A stretch of 62,337 nt of DNA, counting the filler. It is 9 parts of 9 records of this genome, joined end to end, with 100 filler letters (N's around TTAATTAATTAA, not from the genome) between each part and the next. Parts side by side here need not be neighbours in the genome. Positions count along the whole stretch, not along the records: positions 8,196 to 13,420 come from SRR31147125_17972; positions 13,521 to 18,766 come from SRR31147125_18002; positions 18,867 to 24,600 come from SRR31147125_18004; 6 more parts are not named here. One strand, given 5' to 3'. The notes beneath the pieces are model-generated. The model made no database searches. It saw only the letters and a list, made by a program, of their open reading frames with translations, and was not told where the DNA came from. Below are positions 11,342 through 22,220 of the stretch, piece after piece; within the stretch, counting starts at the first letter, position 1; each line of letters opens with the position of its first letter. Made by a program: the position numbers and the translations under genes.

Positions 11342-11594
11342 GACTGCTTTATCGGGGCGTATGGGTACGTTGTTGTCCAACCTCACCAGTTGGGATGAAG
11401 TACGGCAGCCTATTAAAAAAGGTGAAACAAGGCAAGTTAGCTTTTGGTTAGAGGGGGTGTCCGGTGAGGGATTGCGGCTGGTCCTGGACACCGCCCGTGG
11501 AGATCGGACGGTGTCTTGCGTACGCTACCGCATTGCCATTATCGAGTCGGTCAGGGCAAATCGAGGGGCCTTCACGCCTGCTTGAATCGGGTGT

Positions 11595-12134
11595 TTATTT
11601 GCGCCTGCGGATGGCAACCAGCCCGATCAATCCGGATCCCAGCAACCATGCCGCCGCGGGTACGGGGACGACATTGATCTCGGTGCCCGACACGGAGAAC
11701 GGAATTGCATCGCCCAATGCATCGGACAAATCGTTGACCGCTACGCTGAACCCGGAGGACATATTATTAAGGAGCGTCGTCGCATCCTCGCCGTCAAAGA
11801 CCAGGGTTGCCAGCGTGAATTGGGACGGCTGCAAGGTAAGGTCGGTGAGGTATGAAACCATGGCAATGTTCACCGAACCGGAACCGCTTATATAGCCGGT
11901 ACTCCAATCCTCGGCGTCTTCAAAGCTGATGCTGCCCAGCGCATCGGTGGGGAAATAGCGGTGGAAGTCATATTCGCTTTCGTCGAAGTCGATATCCAGG
12001 TCAAAGGCCCCCAAATCGAAATTCTCCAGTCCGGAGATGTTGATATCCAGTAAAACCACGTTGCTTGCCACGGCCGGCACGGTTCCCATGACCGTGGTTA
12101 AGAACAGCACCATGACGGATAAAAATGTTTTCAT
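11595..12134 (-). CDS. VPLPA-CTERM (PEP-CTERM-like) exosortase-sorted protein with cohesin-like domain
   Basis: Signal peptide; LGAFDLDIDFD and FTLATLVF cohesin-like strands; C-terminus VPVPAAAWLLGSGLIGLVAIRRRK. Confidence 0.9.
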   Translation of the reverse strand: MKTFLSVMVLFLTTVMGTVPAVASNVVLLDINISGLENFDLGAFDLDIDFDESEYDFHRYFPTDALGSISFEDAEDWSTGYISGSGSVNIAMVSYLTDLTLQPSQFTLATLVFDGEDATTLLNNMSSGFSVAVNDLSDALGDAIPFSVSGTEINVVPVPAAAWLLGSGLIGLVAIRRRK

Positions 12135-12525
12135 GTGTTAAATTCTCCTTTGCGCAATTGTGAGTGAGTTCCAATTCGCCCAGTCGTGGAGCGGATTTCT
12201 TTTGAATTGTTTTGTCGATCAAGTGCTGATGCTGGAATGAAATTTACTTAAGACTTTCGTCTTAATTAACTATAGTTTGTCAGTTCAGTATTGGAGAAGT
12301 GTTAGGATTCGATTAGAAATCGGGATGAATGATTTCGTGGGAACTAACAGAATCCTCATTTGACATTTAAACCTTCAATTTACTAAATGTAAGAAAACAT
12401 CAGGGTACTTTGCTGACCCAAGCCGGAAACAGGAAGCCCGCATTGAAAACGTTGAAACGTTCACCGATGTGGGCATTATTGTTTCGGGGACGTTATTCTC
12501 AGTGGAAGGGAGGTGGATAGGCACA

Positions 12526-12723
12526 GTGAAAGGGTTGCTTATGACTTGTGGATTGTTTTCAGTTCTATTATTCCAGAACGAAACGGGCCTACTTAACGCG
12601 TACATCCCAAAACCGGGGGCGCTTTCCGCCTATCCCATCCCAGCCTTGCTTCCCGGCGCTGCCTGGCTGGTTCTCACCGGTCTCGGGCTTGCCGGTTTAC
12701 ATATAAAAATTAGAAAAAACTAA
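12526..12723 (+). CDS. Very small protein with a degenerate VPLPA-CTERM-like tail
   Basis: GGAGG SD before GTG 12526; ends PIPALLPGAAWLVLTGLGLAGLHIKIRKN; followed by a terminator. Confidence 0.55.
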   Translation: MKGLLMTCGLFSVLLFQNETGLLNAYIPKPGALSAYPIPALLPGAAWLVLTGLGLAGLHIKIRKN

Positions 12724-12751
12724 CCGTTGGCATCTGGCGATGCCATTGGAT

Positions 12752-12780
12752 AAAAGGCGGTCATCAGACCGCCTTTTTTT
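12752..12780 (+). terminator. Rho-independent terminator
   Basis: AAAAGGCGGTC-ATCA-GACCGCCTTTTTTT. Confidence 0.85.
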
Positions 12781-12800
12781 AACTTACGAGGTAATTCAGA

Positions 12801-13097
12801 GTGAAACCAATCGACTTGTCAGCGAAAGTATTTAACCGGCAGAACCTGATCCGATTGATCCTTCTGGTATTCGGGTTTACTCTGTTTCCGGCGTTGGTGT
12901 TTTGGGGTGAGGAATTGCTGTTCCCATCGAGTCAAACCATTTCCGGGTTCTATGGCAAGATCTACGGGGCCTTGATGGACTGGGGAATGGACGGGATGTT
13001 TGCCTGGACCGTGGTCTGTACGCCGTACCTGGCCTACGACATTTATCTGGTGGTCAAAGACTTCAGAACGCCGGGTGTGGAATCCGGTAAGCAATAA
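12801..13097 (+). CDS. Hypothetical small membrane protein (2 TM)
   Basis: GAGGT SD, two hydrophobic segments. Confidence 0.6.
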   Translation: MKPIDLSAKVFNRQNLIRLILLVFGFTLFPALVFWGEELLFPSSQTISGFYGKIYGALMDWGMDGMFAWTVVCTPYLAYDIYLVVKDFRTPGVESGKQ

Positions 13098-13420
13098 CCG
13101 ATGAATGAGGCCAGAGCAATGATGTTGTCCTGGACCCTCTTTTAAATCTTGAATAGATTACTCGCTGGCAGCGGGCCGGCCTTTTTTTCTTGAATGGCCT
13201 GGTGTGGAAACGGATGCTTCATAAATGGCCGCATCATCGTAGCCCGACACCAGCGGTTTGCAATTGACACAATACTTCCGCGGCATGCCGCGGCCGGTCC
13301 ATAACATGTATACATTATGCTGAATATTGCATTTTGGGCAAAGGCATTGAACAAAGCTTTTGCCATTTTCATGCTGTTTTCGGTTTTCGTCCTGATGCCA
13401 AGCGGGTTTTCGCGATTTTT

Positions 13421-13520
13421 NNNNNNNNNNNNNNNNNNNNNNNNNNNNNNNNNNNNNNNNNNNNTTAATTAATTAANNNNNNNNNNNNNNNNNNNNNNNN
13501 NNNNNNNNNNNNNNNNNNNN
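13421..13520. other. Artificial contig spacer
   Basis: N44-TTAATTAATTAA-N44. Confidence 0.99.
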
Positions 13521-16500
13521 ATCTCCTGCATCTTCCCGTTGTAATAGCTCCCCAGGTCACCGGCATCCCGACCGATGTACACTTGCCCCGGGTTGGGAAT
13601 CCCCTCTTGCCAGTCAAAGGATCCATCGTACACGCCATTCACAAAGAATGTCACCTTCTTCCCGTCGTAGACAACAGCGATGTGATGCCAATCGTTCACG
13701 GGGAGGAACGTCATGCCGAACAGGGGATCTTTCTCGTTGTTCCAAATCCCCACACGGGTGTCCAGATCCATCTTGGGCATTCCAATGATAATACGATAGT
13801 TGGTTTCCATCCGATCATCCTTACAAGCATCTGTGCTCTTATCCAGGACAGTAACACCACCGTTGCGAATGTATACCCATCCTTCGAATGTGAACGGTTG
13901 CCCAGGCTCAAAGTTGAGGGTGGCGATATTCGGAACACTGGCATACCCGCCGTTCGCGTAGTTGCAACACAATTGAGGAATGATCGCCGGAACTGTGGGG
14001 ACCTCGCTGATTTCCAGGGCCTTCGGGTTGGGATCGTACGAATAGGAGACAACCACAGGCGAGGGGGTAGGTTCACCCGGTGCAACAGACGGCAGCGGAG
14101 GAGGTGGAAGCTGCTTGGGAGGCTTTGGTTCCTCGGAGATGGTCGGAATACCAGGCAGATGAGCCACAACATCATAGAGGATGGGTCCCTCACGCCCGCA
14201 ATCATTGAAGTGCCAATAGGCAGCCAGGTTGGGTTCGTCGCCCTTCAGGGACTGACCTGCATAGGACTCCTGTTGTTCGGCCGTGATCTGATCATCCCAG
14301 AACCGAACTTCATCCAGCATCCCCTCAAAGAGAACCGAGCTGTCACAACTCTTGCCAAACTGAAGCCACGACCCCGCAGGGATAGCGGACGGGAATTCCA
14401 TCAGTGTTGTTCCATCCAGGGTCGTGTTGTGGTAGAACTTCAGTACGTCCCCATCAAAGGTCAACGCGGCTTGTTGGAAGTACTTCTTTCCGAATCGTTT
14501 CTTTCCATAGGCCAAATTCCCGTGCAACCCCTTCACCGCTTGCACACCCGACTCCTCCCCACACCCGCTCAGGAACCAACGGAACTGCTCAACAGCGTTC
14601 GGTCCGTCCGGAGAGCACAGTGCAACCAAGGCCATTCCGTGGGGATAACGATCACACGAGATCTCGTGTACGAGACGCACCGAGACCTCAAGCGAGAACG
14701 GTTCCCCAGTGCCCACCTTCAGCCTCTCTTCCCATGGAACATTCAGTGAGAATTTCAACACACCGTCGAAATTCACACCACAGTTCTCCACATCGCATCG
14801 CTCACCAAACCAGCCAGGATCACACAAGCACGAACCATCCGCTCGACATACGCCGTGAGGCTGACAGTGACACTCCACAGGGAGAATGGTGACGTTGAAG
14901 GGACTGCCTTGCAGGGGGTTGCTCTTGTCCGTATCCACGGAGACGTGAACCAGATGAAGCCCAGCAGCCCACGGTGTATAGTACACCGTGTACAGGCCAT
15001 CATGGCGATCAATGTACGACGCCTTGATGTCCTCGGGGCCGGTAATGATGATGGTGAACGTGTCGTTCCCGTGTCCCAGTTCATTGTCGAAACGATCGAA
15101 CGCCCTGATGTTAAACGTCTGGTTCTGTCCGGCGTATCCTTCATGGGCACCCGCGCCACTAGGAACGGAGTGGGCCGCAGAGATGGGTCCTGGAGACACG
15201 TGAACCTTGAAGGGTGAGCCTTGAATCCCGGGACCTGTCCCATTGTCGAGGCGAACTTGGAGATTGTAGTCGCCTGCCTTGGTCGCCACATAATTCGCCG
15301 TGTAGGTTGCATTTCCATGGTCCAAATAGGTCGCTTGCACAAACTGAGAACCATCCAGGAAGATTGAAAACTGATCACCACCCAAGGAACGCTTGTTCCC
15401 GTACTGATCCACAGAGTGGATCCAGAAGGTGGCCACCTCACCCGCAACGGCTTTGACAGTTCCTGCACCCCATGCATACGTCTCCGATGGATGAGTCACA
15501 TCCGGAAGGATTGTGGGCCGGAACGGACTTCCCTTAATCTCTTGACCGTTGAGCAGGACCATCATGTCGTACGAACCTGCCACAGTCGTCGAGTATGTCA
15601 AGTTGTAAAGGCCGTCCCCTTGCTCAAGTTTCTCCTCTACAGGAGCGGCACACTTGACCTTGGAGTAGAACTCATCCGCTTCAGGATCCACACTCGGAGT
15701 CTCTGTTCCCTCAACATCCTCTCCCATTTGCAAGAAGAGCATAGGGATTCCGCCTTCCTCCTCTTCCTCCTCAACCTTTTCGGCCGCCTCAGCCACGGAC
15801 TTGCGTTCGAGGGGCCCCATGAGCTGAACCTTGAAATCTTCATTTCCCCCTCCTTGAACATTGTTGAACTCGTCCCGGGCCAGAATGGTAATCTGAGTGG
15901 GATGTCCCGCCACAGAGCCCTGAAGACCAGGGCCCCATACTTCACAGTTCCCGGGCGAAGCAGGAGCAGACTGAACCGTTACGTTGAAGGGCTTCCCGAT
16001 GGGCCGCCCCTCCAAATCAACGGAGACTGTGTAGCGGCCAGCACGTATCGGCACAAAGCTCACACCATACGTTCCGTCACGGTTGTCGTGTACGTCAACC
16101 TCCACAGGCTTGTCCAGCGGGTGCTCGGGTTCGTTCAGGAGTGTGACGGTGACATTGAATTTGTCCCCTCCTCCTCACGGGTGTTGCCAAACATGTCCCG
16201 TGTTTGAATGGTGAACTTGCCCGGTTGCCCCGCCTCCAGACTTCGACACGTATCAACGTCCTTCAATCTCGACCGAGTGGCGTTCGCCGGTCCAACTTTG
16301 CATACAACTGTGTACGGGGAGCCCCGAATCGGCATGCCGTTGTTGATCTCAACCTTCAGAGAGAAGGTGCCCTTGAGAATCAGTGTGTAGGAAACCAGGT
16401 ACGTTCCGTCGTTATTGTCCGAAACAATCCCCGTCACCTTCGCACGACTGCTGAGTGCGAGGGAGGCCGTAATCGCATCTCCACCCTTGGTGCGTTTGTT

Positions 16501-18694
16501 TCCGAACTCGTCAAACGCATAGATGGTGAAGTGGCTCGGAATGCCGGCGTAGGCTAGCGACAGACCGTCTCCCTTGGCAAAGGTGTGCAGAGGATGAGAG
16601 GGACCCGCCTCCACGGGAACACGGAACGGAGAATCTTGAACGGGAACCCCACCCACGGTAACACGGACCGTGTAGAGTCCGCCCTCCGTGGTGCCGTACG
16701 TGACCTTGTAGGTACCATCACCCATATCTACGACCTCTGAGGGGACGTTCTTCTCAACTGCAGGAACAAGACCTTCCCCACTCTCTTCCATGGGGGGTTC
16801 GCCATCCGGAGCGGTTGGACCCGTAATCTGGACCTCTACGATGTCGGAACCCATGGTTTCCGGATTGCCGAATTCGTCCAGAGTCTGCACCGTGAACTGC
16901 GTCGGCACACCAGCCTCCATACCCTGCAGACCCGGACCGAAGGCAATAGACCGCATCCCCGAAGTCTCACCGGGTGTCACTGCAACATGGAAGGGAGAAC
17001 CCTGAATGTTCTCGCCACGTAGCGTAAGGAAGACCTCGTAGTCACCGGCCTTCTTGGGGAAGTATTCGGCAATATAAGTGCCGTCGTTCTTGTCCGAAAC
17101 AGTAACATTCGACGACTCGGGGCCGTGAACACGAACTTGGAAGATATCACCGCCGTGCGTCACCAGATTGCCCCCCGCATCGCGTGCCTCAATAATAATG
17201 GGACACCGCAACCCCACAGTGGCTCCCGAGACAAGGCCGCCACGTGCACGGGACTCCTTGGGAGAGGTTTCCCCCGGGCGTACCATGATAGGAAACGGAG
17301 AGGACGCAATCTCTACTCCGCCCAGGGTGATGGAGAGAGCGTATGTCCCGGCACGCCGTGGGCTATACGAGACACCGTAGGTACCGTCGGCGTTGTCGTG
17401 AATGGTTCCCTTGAGGGTGACGTCCTTGAGCGAACCCGTGCCCACAAGCTCCACGCGGAAGGCATCCCCACCCTTGTGGATCCGATTACCATACTTGTCC
17501 ACGGCGTAGATGGTGAAACTACGCTGAGCACCCGCAGTCGTTTCCGCGGACAGACCTTCACCCTCCGCATAGCTCCGTCCCGCTACCGTAGCACCGCTGA
17601 GTTTGCGGAAAGAAGCTTGAATGGAATAGATGCGTGTTGCGCGGAATGGAAAGTCGAGATCCTCGCCTGGACGAAGCGAAGGTGGGCCGGGTGCACCGGA
17701 CATACGCACAGTGGGCCCTTCGTCTGGTTGGTCGTAGGAAAGGACACCTACACCGTCCGTATCACTCGTCCACCCAAGAACATCGCCTGCCTGGGTAACA
17801 ATGGCTTCGTGTTCGCCAATGACAAAGGTTTGATATCCTTGTCCTTTGGCGCGGACAGCGTTCTCTCCAATCAAGGAAAAGGTTGTGTTGTCCTTTTGAC
17901 GCCACACTTGGAGACGAAGTCCACCCTCGCGTCCTCCAAACACAGTCCACGATTCAATGATGCCAGCGTGGTCGAAGGTGAGATCGAGATCCACAATCGA
18001 CACGCGCGCTTGTTCCTCCCCGTCACTAATGTAGAAGGTACGTTCCGAAATGGCATGTCCCACAGTGCGGACTTCTGCTTCCTGGTCGGATGGATTCGGG
18101 TTGAAGCGGAACTGCGCTTGGATGGAGTAGGATCGTTGCTCAAAGAAGGGGAAGGTAAGGGTGGTTCCAACGAGGTGAGGCTCCGTATCGGGATAGTTGG
18201 AGAAGAGAACGTGTCCCAAGGCTCCCGTGGCTGAATCATCATACACGATTTTAGCAGCCGTCTCGTCGTAGCGCCACCCGAGAACATCCCCTGGCAGAAC
18301 ATTGATTTGTTGATCGGCGGGGATCTCGTGAACGTTCAGCCCCTTCACAGCCATCACCATGTTCTCGCCCACAAGAGTGAACTTGAACTCGTCTACACGT
18401 CGATACACTTGCAGTCGCACAGGCCCCGCCTCCACAACATTCACTGACCACGCCGTGATGACTCCCTTTTGACTAAAGCGCAGGGACGTTTCCACAAATT
18501 GAATATTCGTTGCCATGTCTGAGCGTGGGCGATCGTGCACAGGATGACCCAGTGTGTCCAACTCTGAGAGGACAGAACACATATAAGGACAAGGGACACC
18601 AGGAAGGCTGAAGACAGAAGATACCTGTTGGTCGTGCTGCCAGCTCCTCCTGAAGCAGACTCAGCCGGTAGTCCACATCGTGTGGATCAATTAC
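13521..18694 (-). CDS. Eukaryotic giant protein (partial): 2 N-terminal beta-rich repeats, 8 filamin/ABP280 repeats, EGF-like domain, LamG, Pro-rich linker, second LamG; frameshift near 16165
   Basis: Filamin motifs (FTIYAVDKYGN, DNADGTYGVSY, GSPF) eight times across ORFs 16135-18582 and 13469-16105; EGF CHCQPHGVCRADGSCLCDPGWFGERC; LamG FEGMLDEVRFW and WHHIAVVYDG; spliced 70-nt exon 18625-18694. Confidence 0.85.
18564..18624 (-). other. 61-nt GT-AG spliceosomal intron
   Basis: CAG|GTATCT...pyrimidine tract...CTCTCAG|AG; removal joins ELAARPT-E-LDTLGHPV in frame. Confidence 0.85.
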
Positions 18695-18766
18695 CTACAC
18701 ACCAAAGTGTCTCATGAGTTCCGTGTCCTTGTGCGAGGGACCCACACCACCTTCCCCCCACACAAG

Positions 18767-18866
18767 NNNNNNNNNNNNNNNNNNNNNNNNNNNNNNNNNN
18801 NNNNNNNNNNTTAATTAATTAANNNNNNNNNNNNNNNNNNNNNNNNNNNNNNNNNNNNNNNNNNNN
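18767..18866. other. Artificial contig spacer
   Basis: N44-TTAATTAATTAA-N44. Confidence 0.99.
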
Positions 18867-19741
18867 GCGCATTGACGAAGTCAATGTTGACGGCGAGGTT
18901 GAAACCGGTCCCATTTGGTCATTTACAACGTCTGGTGCCTTAATCGGCCACTGGTCATTGGATGAAACGCAGGAAGATGCTGTCGGCACGCGGCGTGGAA
19001 CCCTTGGCGGCCAGCCCACCTTCCAGGATGGCAAAGAAGGCAAAACGCTGGCATTTGACGGTCGCTCCGATTACGTCCAAATCCCCGCCCTGAACACCGA
19101 TAGTGACACATTAACGCTTTGCGGCTGGGTGCAGGCCGATGCGCAGGTCGATGACATTCCCGGCCTGATCTTCTGCCGCACCGGCAATACCGTCGCCGGT
19201 ATTCACATGTTCGGCGACAGCTTGCGCTTATCACTGGAATGATCGCGAGGAAACCTACAACTGGGACAGCGGCATCCGCATACCGCTGGACGGATCTTCA
19301 TGGGTCTTTGTCGCATTGACTGTCCAACCGGACAAGGCTGTGCTCTATGCCTGTAAAGACGGGCAATGGGAATCTTCCGCCAATACAATTTTGCACACCC
19401 CCGAAGAATTTGACGGGCCGCTTTATCTGGCGCGTGATCCTCAGGAGCAGCGTTTCTTTAAGGGGATGATTGATGAGGTGCGAGTCTTTAGTTTTGCCTT
19501 AAACGCCGATCAGATCAAACAGGTTTACGAAACACAATCGCTGGATGTGAGCAGTCCGCAAACAATCCAACTGGTCGATGCCGATATCGTTGAACAGGAC
19601 GCCTCTCTCAAAAAGGTGGCTGCCGAGCAAGCCAGTCAAACCGAGACGCCCGAAAAGAAAACCAACGTACTGCCGGTAGTGATTATTATCGGTGTAATTC
19701 TCGTTGTCGTCATTGTCTCGACGCTGAAGAAAAAGAAATAA
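18867..19741 (+). CDS. LamG-like jellyroll protein with C-terminal TM anchor (5'-partial; frameshifts about 19235-19310)
   Basis: RIDEVN...GPIWSFTT motif, LAFDGRSDYVQIP, FFKGMIDEVRVFSFAL; ends with TM plus KKKK. Confidence 0.75.
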
Positions 19742-19790
19742 TTCGCTTGATGGTGGATACCTCCAAGCATCAGAAGTGAGGAAGGATAGA

Positions 19791-22220
19791 ATGCTTAACA
19801 AACAGATTATTATCGCAGGCTTATGCGTATGGTTTTTATCAGCAATGGTGATTGCAGAAGATGCCAAGACGACGGATTTTACGGGAACGGTTGTCAATAC
19901 CGCTGGCGAACCTATCGAAGGGGCCTCACTGGATTTGTATTTGCTGACCATTGATCACGCCTCTTTCAGTTACAGCATTCAGTCGATGGCGAAAACAACC
20001 TCAAACGCTGAAGGCGCATTTTCCTTTGTAGTCGGAACAGAGGCCGTTAGCGGGTACGCCGTTTTCTTTTGTCTGGCTCAAAAGAAGGGGTTGGCGTGCG
20101 ACTGGGCCGCGGCGACCAGAACCACGCAGGCAACCTGGCAATTCACCTTAGGCGATCCGCACAAGATCATCGGCTTCGTGCAGAATCCCGACGGAACCGC
20201 GGTTGTGGATGCTGAAGTTCGGCTGCTGATGCTCTCACAGCCCGGCGGCGAAGAACATGTCATGATGGGAATTGAGCCGGTTGAAGCGTTTGTGACGAAG
20301 ACCTGCTCTGATGGCCGATTTGAGTTTGGCAACCTGCCTGCCGATGCCACCGTGGAATTCCTGGTCAAAAAGGACGGCAAGGGTGCGTTTCATACGATGA
20401 ATTTCAACGTTAGTCCCGAGGACGGCCTGACCTATAAGCCCGGCCAAAGCGATATTATGCTCACGATGTCCGACGCGTGCGCAATCTCCGGAACAGTTTT
20501 TGAAAAGGGCAGCCAAAACCCCGTGCCCAATGTCAAGGTCATGGTGCGTGACGAAAGCTCACCGGTGAATATGATCCACAAACCGGTAACGACCGATGCG
20601 GACGGCACCTTCGCATTCGCACAATTAGCCGCAGGCAATTATACCGTGTCTGTTCTCGATGACAATTGGATTGCCAAGGGCAATACCCTGAACGTGACAA
20701 CTGATGCGGTCGCCGAAACGGCCCTTGAAGTCACCAAAGGTGGACTGCTGGAAATTAAGGTCATTGATGGCGAGACCAAAGAGCCGGTCTCCAATGTCAG
20801 CATCAATGCCAGAAATCAGGACACGCAGGAATATCAGCAGTTCGTCACCGATCAAGACGGACTTGGCAGCAAGCAGGTTCTATCCGGCACCTATGAGGTC
20901 AGTGTGTACAGGCAGGGCTATCGCAGCACCAACAGCGACGCCACGGTCACGGTCGAAGACAACAAAACCGCAACGCTGACGGTGGAGCTGGGCGGCCAGC
21001 CCAAAATCAAAGGATTCGTCACCGATGCCAACGGCAACCCCGTTGAAGGTGCGGTGATCCGGCTAATTCCCAACTGGGGAGGAGAAAATCAGTCCCATGT
21101 CGGATGAAAAAGGACAGTTTACCCTTTCCTGGGATCCCGAACGCATAGGTTGGTCAGAAGGTGAATATTATCTGACGGCGATGCATGAAGATAAAAAACT
21201 GGTCGCTGTGCTGGCGATTACAGAAGATACCAGCGAAGCGACGATTAAGCTGGAAGAAGGGAGTTCGTGTAGCGGTCGAGTGACAGATACTGACGGTCAG
21301 CCGATTGTCGGCGCACGGACTTCATTGCATTTTGCGGCTCCAGATTCAGCACGTCATTCGGTATCGAAACAAAAACAGATGACACCGGCAGCTATACCTT
21401 TAGTCCGCTGGCAACCGAGCAGCGTTATTCCGTACGTGTCAGCAATGTCACAGGATACGGCACCGGTCAGAAAGAGGTCGAATTGGAATTCGGCTCAAAA
21501 GAAGGCACGCTGGAAGATGTTATCCTGCCGCTGGCCGACCAGAAGGTGACCGGACAGGTGGTGGATATCGACGGGAAGGGATTGGAAGGAGTCCAACTGC
21601 ATTGTTATGGCAGCGGCCAGCCCAATTTGAATGTCAAAACGGACGCCGAAGGGAAATTTGTCCTTGAAAATGTGTGCGCCGGTGAAATCAGCATCAGTGC
21701 CAATAGACGCATTGACGGCAAATACCTCAATGGACATCTTCGCACTGAAGGCGGTGCGACGGATGTAAAGCTGATTCTTTCCGATCAAAGCAGCAGCAGT
21801 CAGGGATTCGTGCCGAAACAGGCCGCGTCCATGATGGGTAAACCGTTAGGCGATCTGACCGATTGCGGGATTGAGATACCGGCCGATGCCAAAGAAATTC
21901 TGGTCTTTGTGTGGGATATGAATCAGCGCCCCAGCCGCCATTTCATTAAGGAATTTAATACCCAGTCCGCGATGCTGAAAGAAAAGGGCGTCACCGTTTT
22001 ATTGGTGAATGCAGGCCTTGTCCAGCGGCCAAAGCTGGACGCATGGCTGGCTGAAAACGCCATCACCTATCCCTGCGGCAGCATTGCCGAAAACGCCGAA
22101 GACGTGCTTTTCAAAATGGGAGTGCGGAGTATGCCGTGGCTTATCTTAACCGACGCTGAGCACAACGTCGTCGCCGAAGGATTTTCGGTCAGTGAATTGG
22201 ATGAGAAACTGGACCAGTAA
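19791..22220 (+). CDS. Secreted protein with tandem carboxypeptidase-regulatory-like Ig repeats and a C-terminal Cys-less thioredoxin-like domain (frameshifts in 21095-21480)
   Basis: Repeats of GxVxDxxGxPVxGAxV...TDxxGxF; C-terminal FVWDMNQRPSRH...GVRSMPWLILTD; SD AGGAAGG before ATG 19791. Confidence 0.75.

Noticed and set aside
13142-13372. 76-aa minus-strand ORF at contig end
   Set aside because: No coding signature or motif
13583-18234. Long plus-strand ORFs (388, 263 and 369 aa)
   Set aside because: Antisense to the filamin-repeat gene; no recognisable features
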